Shown here piece by piece: positions 32,223-40,152 of a stretch of DNA of 64,000 nt. Position 1 is the stretch's first letter. Each line of letters starts with the position of its first letter. The position numbers were made by a program, and so were the translations under genes. Source of the DNA: an uncultured Thermoleophilia bacterium (GTDB lineage Bacteria > Actinomycetota > Thermoleophilia > Gaiellales > Gaiellaceae); the NCBI GenBank assembly GCA_963755085.1, contig CAVWIN010000003.1, positions 234,290 to 298,289 on the forward strand, read 5' to 3'. The notes under the pieces are model-generated. The model did not search any database. It was not told where the DNA came from and saw nothing but the letters and a program-made list of their open reading frames with translations.

Positions 32223-33088
32223 GGCGTGGAGGACGGTAGCCGCTCGCCGGTCGCCGGCCCGAGCGAGCCGACCTCCCACCCCTGCGGGTAGGTCTTCCGG
32301 CGCCGTACCTTCGTGCGCATGCGCGGGCGCCGCCGCGGCGGTAGCAGCGCCACGGCGCGCGCGCGCAGCTTGAGCGCGGCTTCGCCGGCGCGCCGCTCCG
32401 CCGGCGTCGGGTGCGGAAGTCCAAGCGCGTCGAGGAGCGGATCGTCGAGCAGTGCATAGACGGCACGGCGGCCCAGCGCGAGCGGCGTCCCCGGAAGCTT
32501 GCGGACGAACATGTCGACCATCGCCGAGGCGACGCGGTGCCCGGCCTCGGTGAACGCAAACCGCTCGCGCTCGAACGCGACGTTGAAGGACTCGAACTCC
32601 TCGTAGCTCGGCGGGACGTCGCGGATGTTCATCAGCCGGGCGACGTTCCGCCAGAACTCGAACGTCGCCGTCCGCTCGGCCTCCGTCGCCCGCCGCCAGC
32701 CGAAGCGCTCGTTCCAACGGAACGGCTCCAGCGCGAGCGTCGACAGCACGTAGAGGAAGTCCTCGTTCGCGATCTCGAAACGCCCGTGCAGCTGGTTCAT
32801 GCGCCGGATCGCGGCGCGGCCGGCCGGGCTGTCGTAGCCCTCCTCGACGAACGAGCTGATCAGCAGGTCCGTGTCGTCGTAGCGCTTGAGCGGCCGGTCC
32901 GTGAACTCGCCGGTCGAGGCGAGCAGCCGCGCGATGCTCGGCACGGCGAACGTGCGGAAGAAGGCGAACTCGAGCGAGCGCGTGACGTCGAACGGGAACT
33001 CGAAGCACGCGTCGAGGTACACGATCCGCAGGTGGTCGCGAACCGGGTCGAGCCGGCGGATCTCGGCGAGCGCGGGCGACTCGCGCAT
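32213..33088 (-). CDS. oxygenase MpaB-family (DUF2236) protein
   Basis: LEFAFFRTFAVPSIARLL, RRMNQLHGRFEIANEDFLYVLSTL and RFGWR are typical of this family, identified from memory rather than by search. Confidence 0.7.
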   Translation of the reverse strand: MRESPALAEIRRLDPVRDHLRIVYLDACFEFPFDVTRSLEFAFFRTFAVPSIARLLASTGEFTDRPLKRYDDTDLLISSFVEEGYDSPAGRAAIRRMNQLHGRFEIANEDFLYVLSTLALEPFRWNERFGWRRATEAERTATFEFWRNVARLMNIRDVPPSYEEFESFNVAFERERFAFTEAGHRVASAMVDMFVRKLPGTPLALGRRAVYALLDDPLLDALGLPHPTPAERRAGEAALKLRARAVALLPPRRRPRMRTKVRRRKTYPQGWEVGSLGPATGERLPSSTPAP

Positions 33089-34014
33089 CAGACCGGGGTC
33101 ACGAGCGGCCGGCCGGCCGCCGCCGCGAGGAGGTTGTCGACGACGAGCCGCGTCATGGCCTCGCGTGTGGCGACAGTGGCGCTGCCGACGTGCGGAGTCA
33201 GCACGACGTTCGGAAGGTTGAGCAGCTCGGCGGGCGCGCCGGGCTCACCCGTGAAGACGTCGAGCGCCGCGCGGATCCGGCCGCTGACGAGCTCGCGCAC
33301 CAGCGCATCTTGCTCCACGACGTCGCCGCGCGCCGTGTTGACGAGGGCGGCGCCGTCGCGCAGCAGCGCGAGCCGGCGGCCGTCGATCAGGTCCCGGGTC
33401 TCCGCCGTGAGCGGCACGTGCAGCGTGACGACGTCGGCGCGCGCGAGTAGGTCGTCGAGGGGCACGAACTCGGCGCCGAGCTCCTCAGCCTCGTCCAGGC
33501 GTTGGCGTTGCGCGTAGGCGATCCGCATGCCGAACGCGAGCGCGCGGCGAGCGACCGCCTGGCCGATCCGCCCGAGGCCGACGATCCCGAGCAGTGCGCC
33601 TTCCAGGTCATCGCCGAGCAGCGAGGTCTCGGCCCAGCCGCGCTCCCAGCGCCCCTCGCGGACGTAGCGGTCAGCCTCGACCACGCGGCGCCGCACCGCA
33701 AGGATCAGCGCGAGCGTCAGGTCGGCGACCGCTGCATCCAGAACGCCCGGAGTGTTCGTCACGGCGACGCCGCGCCGGCGGCACTCGTCCGCGTCGATCG
33801 AGTCGTAGCCGACGCCGTAGTTCGCGACCACGCGAACCGCGGGCAGGAGGTCGAGCGCGCGGGCGTCGACGCGGTCTCCGACGACGGCGAGCGCCTCGAC
33901 GTCGGTGCGCGCTTCAGAGCCGAGCGCCTCCGGCAGCCGCCCTGCGAGGTACTCGACGTCGTCCAACTCGGCCCAGGCAGGGCCCGGCAGGGGCCGGGAT
34001 GCCAGGACCTTCAC
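33088..34014 (-). CDS. D-isomer-specific 2-hydroxyacid dehydrogenase (glyoxylate/hydroxypyruvate reductase-like)
   Basis: It has the NAD motif GIVGLGRIGQAVA and the TPHVGSAT motif. I place the start at GTG 34014, because the ORF-track N-terminus is the translated tRNA-His gene. Confidence 0.9.
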   Translation of the reverse strand: MKVLASRPLPGPAWAELDDVEYLAGRLPEALGSEARTDVEALAVVGDRVDARALDLLPAVRVVANYGVGYDSIDADECRRRGVAVTNTPGVLDAAVADLTLALILAVRRRVVEADRYVREGRWERGWAETSLLGDDLEGALLGIVGLGRIGQAVARRALAFGMRIAYAQRQRLDEAEELGAEFVPLDDLLARADVVTLHVPLTAETRDLIDGRRLALLRDGAALVNTARGDVVEQDALVRELVSGRIRAALDVFTGEPGAPAELLNLPNVVLTPHVGSATVATREAMTRLVVDNLLAAAAGRPLVTPV

Positions 34015-34024
34015 GAGTATTGGA

Positions 34025-34098
34025 GGTGGCGGATGGGACTCGAACCCACGACCACCGGGACCACAACCCGGGGCTCTACCAACTGAGCTACCGCCACC
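34025..34098 (-). tRNA. tRNA-His (anticodon GTG)
   Basis: G-1 is encoded (GGTGGCGGTAGCTCAGTTGGTAGAGC), the anticodon loop is uuGUGgu, and the discriminator is C. Confidence 0.9.
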
Positions 34099-34131
34099 GC
34101 GACCTCCCAAGCGTAGCCGGATCCCGCCAGT

Positions 34132-34172
34132 CCCGAGGCCGGGACATGGCCCGCAGGTCGTATGGCCTCGGG
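34132..34172 (-). terminator. 9-bp GC hairpin between GT2 stub and tRNA-His
   Basis: CCCGAGGCC-23 nt-GGCCTCGGG forms the hairpin. Confidence 0.25.
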
Positions 34173-34188
34173 CCGGCCGCGGGTCCGG

Positions 34189-34440
34189 TCACGACCCTAA
34201 CCGGGCGAGGTTGTGATTCGCGGTGATGCCGAGGTTCTCCGGCCGGCGCACGTAGTCGATGCGCGGGTCGTCGTAGCGGGCGACGATGTCCGCCGTCTCG
34301 TCGGTCGACGCATTGTCGGCGATCAGCAGCCGGAAGTCCCCGTACGTCTGCGCGAGCACGCTGTCGACCGCGACCGGCAGGAAGCGCGCGCGATTGAACG
34401 TCGGGATGACGACCGTGACGCGTGGAGAGGTCGGAGACAT
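34189..34440 (-). pseudogene. N-terminal stub (83 aa) of a family-2 glycosyltransferase
   Basis: VTVVIPTFNRARFLPVAVDSVLAQTY...LLIADNASTDET is a GT2 N-terminus. The ORF stops after 83 codons, about 90 nt from tRNA-His, whereas normal GT2 length exceeds 250 aa. Confidence 0.6.
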
Positions 34441-34492
34441 AGGCGTCCCGCCTCAGTCCGGCAGAGGCTTTCGGTCTGTCCTGAGCGGCGTC

Positions 34493-36007
34493 TTAACGCG
34501 CTGCGGCAGGCTCCACGCCGTAGATCTCGGCGGCGAGCCGTCGCAGGTAGCGCAGGTACGGCCCCGCGTCGAGGCCGCCGCCGGTCACCTTCTCGAGCGT
34601 CTCCTTCGGCGTGAACTTGCGCCCGTAGCGGTAGACGTGCTCGCGCAGCCAGCTCATCAGGTTGGCGAACTCGCCGCGGGCGAGCTGCTGCTCGATGTCC
34701 GGCATGTCCACCGCGAGCCGCTCCCAGATCTGCAGTGAGACGACGTTGCCGAGCGCGTAGGTCGGGAAGTAGCCGAGCCCGCCGCTGCCCCAGTGCACGT
34801 CCTGGAGCACGCCGTGCGCATCGTCCGGCACGTCGATGCCGAGGTAGTCGGACATGCGCTCGTTCCAGACCCGCGGCAGCTCGCGCAGATCGAGGCCGCC
34901 GATCATCTCCCGCTCCAGCTCGAAGCGCAGGATTATGTGGAGGCTGTACGTGACCTGGTCGGCCTCGACGCGGATCAGCGACGGGGTGACTGCGTTCACC
35001 GCCCGGTAGAAGGCCAGCGTGTCCACGTTCCGGAACGCCGGGAACGCCTCCTGGAGCTGCGGGAAGAAGTGGTGCCAGAAGGGCGCGCTGCGGCCGACGA
35101 GGTTCTCCCAGAGCCGGCTCTGCGACTCGTGGAGCGCCATCGACACGCCGCGAGCGAGCGGTGTCCGCTCGAGCGCCTTGTCGACGCCGTGCTCGTAGGC
35201 GCCGTGGCCGAACTCGTGCATGGCGGCGAAGAGCCCGTCGCCGAAGTGGGCCTCGTCGTAGCGGCCGGTGAGGCGGATGTCGTCGATGCCCATGCTCGAC
35301 GCGAACGGGTGCACCGTCTCGTCGAAGCGCCACGCGGTGCGGTCGAAGCCGAACGAGTCGAGCACGCGCAGGGCGAAGTCCTTCTGCTCGTCGGCCGGGA
35401 ACGAGCCGTTCAGGAACGAGGTGTCCACGGGGTCGCGCTCTGCGACCTCCGCGACGATCTGCTTCAGGGCCGGCTTGAGCTCGTCGAAGACGGCGGCCAC
35501 CTCCGTCGTCTTCATCCCGCGCTCGTAGTCGTCCAGCAGCGGGTCGTACGGGTCGTCGTAGGGCGCGAAGCATTCGACGTAGCGGTGGCGGAGCTCGATG
35601 TTGCGCTCGAGGTGCGGGCGGAGGAGCTCGTAGTTGTTCGTCGCGCGCGCCTCGTGCCAGGCCTCGTAGCCCAGCGAGGCGGCGCGGGAGAGCTCGACGC
35701 GCAGGTCTCCGGGCACGCGCACGGCCTTCTCGTAGTCGGCACGCGCCGTGCGGATCAGGCTGGCGTCGTCGGACTCGTAGGGCTGCGACTCCTCGTAGGA
35801 GGAGAGGGCTTCGAGCAGGCGCCCGATCTCGGGGTCCGTGAACTTCTCGTGGATGATCCGGCTGAGCGTCGCGTTCTGCTCGGCGCGCACGGCGCCGCCC
35901 GCAGGCGGCATGAAGACGCGCTGGTCCCACCCGACCAGCGCGGCGACCTTCCCGAGGTCGGTGATCTCGGCGAGACGGTTCTTGAGCTCGGTCAGCTGCT
36001 CGGTCAT
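34493..36007 (-). CDS. M32 family metallocarboxypeptidase (Taq-type)
   Basis: It has the HEFGHGAYEH zinc motif and HESQSRLWEN, and the 504-aa length fits. Confidence 0.9.
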   Translation of the reverse strand: MTEQLTELKNRLAEITDLGKVAALVGWDQRVFMPPAGGAVRAEQNATLSRIIHEKFTDPEIGRLLEALSSYEESQPYESDDASLIRTARADYEKAVRVPGDLRVELSRAASLGYEAWHEARATNNYELLRPHLERNIELRHRYVECFAPYDDPYDPLLDDYERGMKTTEVAAVFDELKPALKQIVAEVAERDPVDTSFLNGSFPADEQKDFALRVLDSFGFDRTAWRFDETVHPFASSMGIDDIRLTGRYDEAHFGDGLFAAMHEFGHGAYEHGVDKALERTPLARGVSMALHESQSRLWENLVGRSAPFWHHFFPQLQEAFPAFRNVDTLAFYRAVNAVTPSLIRVEADQVTYSLHIILRFELEREMIGGLDLRELPRVWNERMSDYLGIDVPDDAHGVLQDVHWGSGGLGYFPTYALGNVVSLQIWERLAVDMPDIEQQLARGEFANLMSWLREHVYRYGRKFTPKETLEKVTGGGLDAGPYLRYLRRLAAEIYGVEPAAAR

Positions 36008-36098
36008 GCGGCGTCCTCCTCCGTGCGCGTGGGACTCGAACCTTAGAGGTCGAGAGGGCCGCGCACGGCCTCCGTTCGGTTAGTGGTCTCTACGGAGC

Positions 36099-36569
36099 TC
36101 AAACGGTGCCGCGCCAGGCGCCGGTCTCGACGCCGCGCTCCTCGATCAGCTCCTTGAACCGGTCGAGGTCCTCGCCGACGCTGCGGCTGTCCGCGCCGAC
36201 GGCGGCGCCGACCTTCTCCTTCATGCCCTCGGGCTCCCACTCCATGCGGACGGTGACCTTCGTGCGCGCGTCGTCGATCGGCTCGAACGTGACCTCGCCC
36301 GACTGCTGGACGCCCTCCTCGCCGCGCCACGCAATTCGCTGGTCGGGCGCCTGTTCGGTGATCTCGGCGTCCCATTCCTGGCGCTCGCCGCCGTACTCGG
36401 CGACCCAGCGCAGGTGGGTGTCGTCGAGCTGCCGGACGGACTCGACGTTCTCCATGAACTTCGGGAAGTCCTCGAACTGCGTCCACTGGTTGTAGGCGGT
36501 CGTGACAGGGACGTTGACTTCGATGCTCTTCTCGACGGCGGCCATCGCGCTCCTTTCGCGGTTGGACAA
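36099..36569 (-). CDS. SRPBCC (polyketide cyclase/dehydrase-like) family protein
   Basis: VEKSIEVNVPVTTAYNQWTQFEDFPKFM is a typical N-terminus for this family. Confidence 0.8.
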   Translation of the reverse strand: MSNRERSAMAAVEKSIEVNVPVTTAYNQWTQFEDFPKFMENVESVRQLDDTHLRWVAEYGGERQEWDAEITEQAPDQRIAWRGEEGVQQSGEVTFEPIDDARTKVTVRMEWEPEGMKEKVGAAVGADSRSVGEDLDRFKELIEERGVETGAWRGTV

Positions 36570-36607
36570 TCCCTGGCCGCGTACCCGCCGGCCGGGCGGC
36601 CAAACCC

Positions 36608-37000
36608 TCAGGCGACGGCGGTGGCGGTGATCTCGACGCGGAGCTCGGGGTAGGCCAGCCCGGCGACCTGGACAAGCGTGCTGGCGGCGCGCATGCCGGC
36701 CGCGCGCAGCCTGGGCGCTCGGACCTCGGCCGTCGCCCGGAACTCGTCGATCGAAGTCACGTACCAGGTCACGCGCACGACGTTCGCGAAGGTCATCCCG
36801 GCCTCGGCGAGCACGCCCTCGAGGTTGTCGAGCGAGAGCTTGACCTGCTCGGCCATGTCGCCGGCGACGACGTTGCCCTCACGGTCGATGGCGGTCTGGC
36901 CGGCGCAGTAGAGGACACGCTCCGCACCGGCCACCTCCACCGCCTGGTGGAAGCCGAACGGCACCGACCACTCCCACGGGTTGATCTCGCGGCGCTCCAT
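36608..37000 (-). CDS. RidA/YjgF family protein
   Basis: I place the start at ATG 37000 (MERREINPWEW). YCAGQTAIDREGNVV and VRVTWYV are typical motifs. Confidence 0.8.
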   Translation of the reverse strand: MERREINPWEWSVPFGFHQAVEVAGAERVLYCAGQTAIDREGNVVAGDMAEQVKLSLDNLEGVLAEAGMTFANVVRVTWYVTSIDEFRATAEVRAPRLRAAGMRAASTLVQVAGLAYPELRVEITATAVA

Positions 37001-37217
37001 GGCGCGATCGTAGACGGCCGCGTATCGTGGCCCGTCGTGCGAGCCCTGTGGCTGAGCACGACGCTCGCCGCGGCCGCGGCCGCGGCCGCCCTGCTCGCCG
37101 CGCCGGCGCCGACGGCACGGTCCCCCATCTGCACCCGAGGATTGAGGACGGTAGAGCGACCCGCGCGGGCTGCTGCCGCTCGGGAGGGCACCGCTGGAGC
37201 CGGCGATCGCGGCGGCG

Positions 37218-37442
37218 ATGAGGTTCGTCGACCCGAAGACGAAGCCGCTCCCTCTGGGCGCCTCGCTGGCCGTCAGTGACATCCAGCGGGGGGCGACCGC
37301 GAAGTTCGAGTGCGGCCCACGCGTCTGGCGCCGCACGGTCGTCGTCTACGTTCGTCTGCAGGCAAGCCGGAGCCCGTCGCAGGCCGTCCTGTTCGTCGGC
37401 CGCTTCCGGCACGGCTACCGCGTCTGGCAGCGCGTTCACTGA
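37218..37442 (+). CDS. hypothetical protein (possibly the C-terminal part of a frame-disrupted secreted protein)
   Basis: The frame is GC3-rich from about 37155. A signal-peptide-like segment (LWLSTTLAAAAAAAALLAAPAPTA) lies upstream in a different frame. Confidence 0.3.
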   Translation: MRFVDPKTKPLPLGASLAVSDIQRGATAKFECGPRVWRRTVVVYVRLQASRSPSQAVLFVGRFRHGYRVWQRVH

Positions 37443-37788
37443 GCCGAGCCGCCGCGGTGCATACGCCCGTTTGAGCAGCATGCGTGCAGATCGCCACTTC
37501 GGTGGCTTGCCGCCCGGCCGTCAGCGCGAACGCCCGGGGCCTGTATGGCGACCGCTTCCGCCCTCGACGCGCCCCGGCCTCGAACGAATCGCCTCTGCGG
37601 CCAAGCGACTCGTCTCGGCTGGGGCGCGTCCAGGGCTGCCGTTCAGGCCCTGTACTGGCCATCGGCTCGTGCTCGCCGGACTGGTCCCTCGAACGGGGGG
37701 TCGCCACTCACGGCGGAACGGCCTCGGACGAGGCGCCGAAACCGGAAATAGGTCGGCCCCCGCGCCGGCCGGGGACCAGGTCCTTCTA

Positions 37789-37860
37789 TGCGCCCGGCAG
37801 GATTCGAACCTGCGACCAACGGCTTAGAAGGCCGCCGCTCTTCCACTGAGCTACGGGCGC
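37789..37860 (-). tRNA. tRNA-Arg (anticodon TCT)
   Basis: The sequence is GCGCCCGTAGCTCAGTGGAAGAGC, with anticodon loop cuUCUaa and T-loop GGTTCGAATCC. Confidence 0.9.
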
Positions 37861-37911
37861 TTCCCCGGAGGGTACCCCGGGGTCTGGCCTACGCCTGGCG
37901 CGTCGTACCGG

Positions 37912-38673
37912 CTAGCGCCGGACGCCGAAGTCGCAGGTGATGATGACCGTCCTGCGTCCGGCGTAGACGCCCGGGGCGGAGTCCAGGTGGACGGAGGCGC
38001 AGCCGATCTCGCGCCAGTCGCTGGAGAGGATGTTCTCGCGGTGGCCCGGGCTCTCGATCCAGGCGGTCATGGCGTCGGGGACGGTGAGGTCGGGCGAGCC
38101 GTAGATGATGTTCTCGCCGACTGCCCAGTAGCTCGCGTTGCCCTGCGGGTAGTACTGCTCGACGCGCTTCCAGAAGGCCGAGCCGTCCGCCGACTCGTGC
38201 GCGAAATAGCCCGACTTGCCCATGGAGGCCGAGTGCTGGTCGGCAGCGGCGGTCAGCTTGGCCGAGACCTGCAGCGCGGCGAGCCCGTGCGCCTTGCGGA
38301 TCGCGTTGGTCTGCGCGACGACGGCGCCGTCGTAGTCGGAGCCCGGGTCGGACGCCGCCGGAGCCGGCTGCGGGTCGGACGGCTGCTGCGGCTGCGGCGC
38401 GGGGAGCGCGGCCGCCGTCCGCCAGGTGTTCGTCTTGTCGGTGAGCTCCGCGGCCGACGCCGGGGCGCGGAAGCCGTTCTCGGGCGGGTCGCCCGGGACG
38501 ACGACCGTCTCGGAGCGCTTCAGGTGGCCCTGCAGCTCCTCGAGATGCGCCGGCGGCAGCCACTCCGGGGCGACCGCGGCCTGGCGGCCCGAGCGGGATG
38601 CGATGGTCGCCGACGGCACGGCCGCGGCGAGCAGCAGGCCGAGGATGAGAGCGATTGCGGAGGCTCGACGCAC
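37912..38673 (-). CDS. secreted CAP/SCP (PR-1-like) domain protein
   Basis: It has a signal peptide. NAIRKAHGLAAL, GYFAHES, W..SPGHRENIL and the C-terminal ITCDFG are CAP-domain features. Confidence 0.8.
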   Translation of the reverse strand: MRRASAIALILGLLLAAAVPSATIASRSGRQAAVAPEWLPPAHLEELQGHLKRSETVVVPGDPPENGFRAPASAAELTDKTNTWRTAAALPAPQPQQPSDPQPAPAASDPGSDYDGAVVAQTNAIRKAHGLAALQVSAKLTAAADQHSASMGKSGYFAHESADGSAFWKRVEQYYPQGNASYWAVGENIIYGSPDLTVPDAMTAWIESPGHRENILSSDWREIGCASVHLDSAPGVYAGRRTVIITCDFGVRR

Positions 38674-38732
38674 ACCGATCCGATCGGCGGCAGCGCGAGG
38701 TGGGGCATCACCCTAATGGGGGATATCGACCA

Positions 38733-39824
38733 TTACAGCGGCTCTGGCTCCGGTTCGGCGTTGACCTGGCGCTCACGCCGGATCTGGAGCCACTCCATGA
38801 CCAGGATCTGGATCGTGCCCGCGACCGGGATCGCAGCCAGCGCGCCCAGGATCCCCGCCAGCTCGGCGCCGACGAGGACGGCGATCAGGATCGCCAGCGG
38901 CGAGAGCTGCACCGTCCGGCTGTAGACAAGCGGCTGCAGCACGTGGTTCTCGATCTGCTGGTAGACGATGAAGAAGACCACCACCGCGATCGCGGCCGGC
39001 ACCGAGACGGTCACGAACGCGACGCCCGAGACGAGGATCGCCGCCAGCGTGGCGCCGGCGAGTGGCACGAGGTCGAGGATCGCGACCACGAGACCGAGCG
39101 CGACCGCGAACGGCACCCCGAGCGCGTACAGCACGACAGTCGTCGAGACGCCGGCAATCAGGCTGATCAGCAGGTTGCCGCTGACGTAGCCGCCGATCGT
39201 GCGGTAGATCGCCTGGGAGACCCGCTGGACGCGCGGCAGGTGCTCCTCGGGGACGACCGAGTAGAAGCGCTCGATCCATGCCGGCCCCTCGAGCAGCATG
39301 AACAGCGTCAGGAAGGCGATCGTCACCGTCGCGACGATGGTGCTGATGATGCCCTTCGCGACCGAGACGGCGACGCCCGAGACGCCGAGCACCTTGTCGA
39401 ACCCGCCGCCCTCGACGGCTTTCTTGACCCGCTGGACGAGGTCGTACTTGTCGGCGAGCCGGCCGATCACCCCGCGGCCGTGCGTGACGTCGTTGACGTA
39501 GCCGGGGACCGCTTTCCGGAAGCCGTTGATCTCGTTGACGAGCGTCGGGACGAAGAGCGCCGCGATCCCGATGATGGCGGCGATCGTCCCCAGGAAGACG
39601 ATGGTCACTGCGGTGCGGCGCCCGAGCCCGCGGCGCACGAGCGCCTCGACGGCGGGGTTCAGGGCCAGCGCGAGGAAGGCGGCGATGATGATCCACGTCA
39701 GCACGCCGCGCGCGATCCACAGCAGGTCGAGCACGACGAACGTGCTGATCACGATTCCGAGGATCGCCAGGACTGTGCGCACGCGGATACGCACGAGGCG
39801 CTCGGGGATCACGGCTGCCAGCAT
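38733..39824 (-). CDS. AI-2E family transporter (PerM/UPF0118)
   Basis: This is a 363-aa polytopic protein with the typical ILDLVPLAGATLAAI segment. Confidence 0.8.
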   Translation of the reverse strand: MLAAVIPERLVRIRVRTVLAILGIVISTFVVLDLLWIARGVLTWIIIAAFLALALNPAVEALVRRGLGRRTAVTIVFLGTIAAIIGIAALFVPTLVNEINGFRKAVPGYVNDVTHGRGVIGRLADKYDLVQRVKKAVEGGGFDKVLGVSGVAVSVAKGIISTIVATVTIAFLTLFMLLEGPAWIERFYSVVPEEHLPRVQRVSQAIYRTIGGYVSGNLLISLIAGVSTTVVLYALGVPFAVALGLVVAILDLVPLAGATLAAILVSGVAFVTVSVPAAIAVVVFFIVYQQIENHVLQPLVYSRTVQLSPLAILIAVLVGAELAGILGALAAIPVAGTIQILVMEWLQIRRERQVNAEPEPEPL

Positions 39825-39855
39825 GGCGTCGCGGCCGGACGGTTACGCTCCCTGC

Positions 39856-40152
39856 GTGAGCCTCCGCGCGCATCCGGTCGAGGAAACGGCGACGCTGCCC
39901 GACGGCCGCGAGGTGGTCGTCCGCATCGGGTTGCTCGACGACCCCTACATCAAGCGGCGCGAGAACGACACGATCACGCTCGACCTCGTCATCGGCGACG
40001 AGGTGGAGGCTACCGTCGAGACGGTGCTCGAGCCGCAGCACGACAGCGAGGCGCGGGCGCTCGCCCGCGAGGTCGCGGCGAAGCTTTCAGCCGGCGAGCT
40101 CCAGCCGACCGCCGGATCGGTCGAGCACATCGCGCTGACGATCCCCGGCTAG
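39856..40152 (+). CDS. hypothetical protein
   Basis: The start is GTG at 39856. The product is a 98-aa acidic protein in a GC3-rich frame. Confidence 0.45.
   Translation: MSLRAHPVEETATLPDGREVVVRIGLLDDPYIKRRENDTITLDLVIGDEVEATVETVLEPQHDSEARALAREVAAKLSAGELQPTAGSVEHIALTIPG

Noticed and set aside
34015-34110. The N-terminal extension of the dehydrogenase ORF (MGGRGGGSSVGRAPGCGPGGRGFESHPPPP).
   Set aside because: This is the translation of the tRNA-His gene. A GTG at 34014 gives a normal N-terminus.
36029-36041. A 13-nt match (TGGGACTCGAACC) to the tRNA-His T-arm upstream of the M32 carboxypeptidase gene, which could be an att remnant or a tRNA pseudogene.
   Set aside because: The flanks do not fold into a T-stem or acceptor stem. 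The match lies on the 5' side of tRNA-His rather than beyond its 3' end, as an integration repeat would. No integrase is present.
37450-37790. The 340-nt non-coding stretch, considered as an SRP RNA, 6C RNA, 6S RNA or riboswitch.
   Set aside because: I could not find any of the conserved motifs I can recall for these RNAs. Only generic GC stems are present, and these are reported separately as a structured segment.
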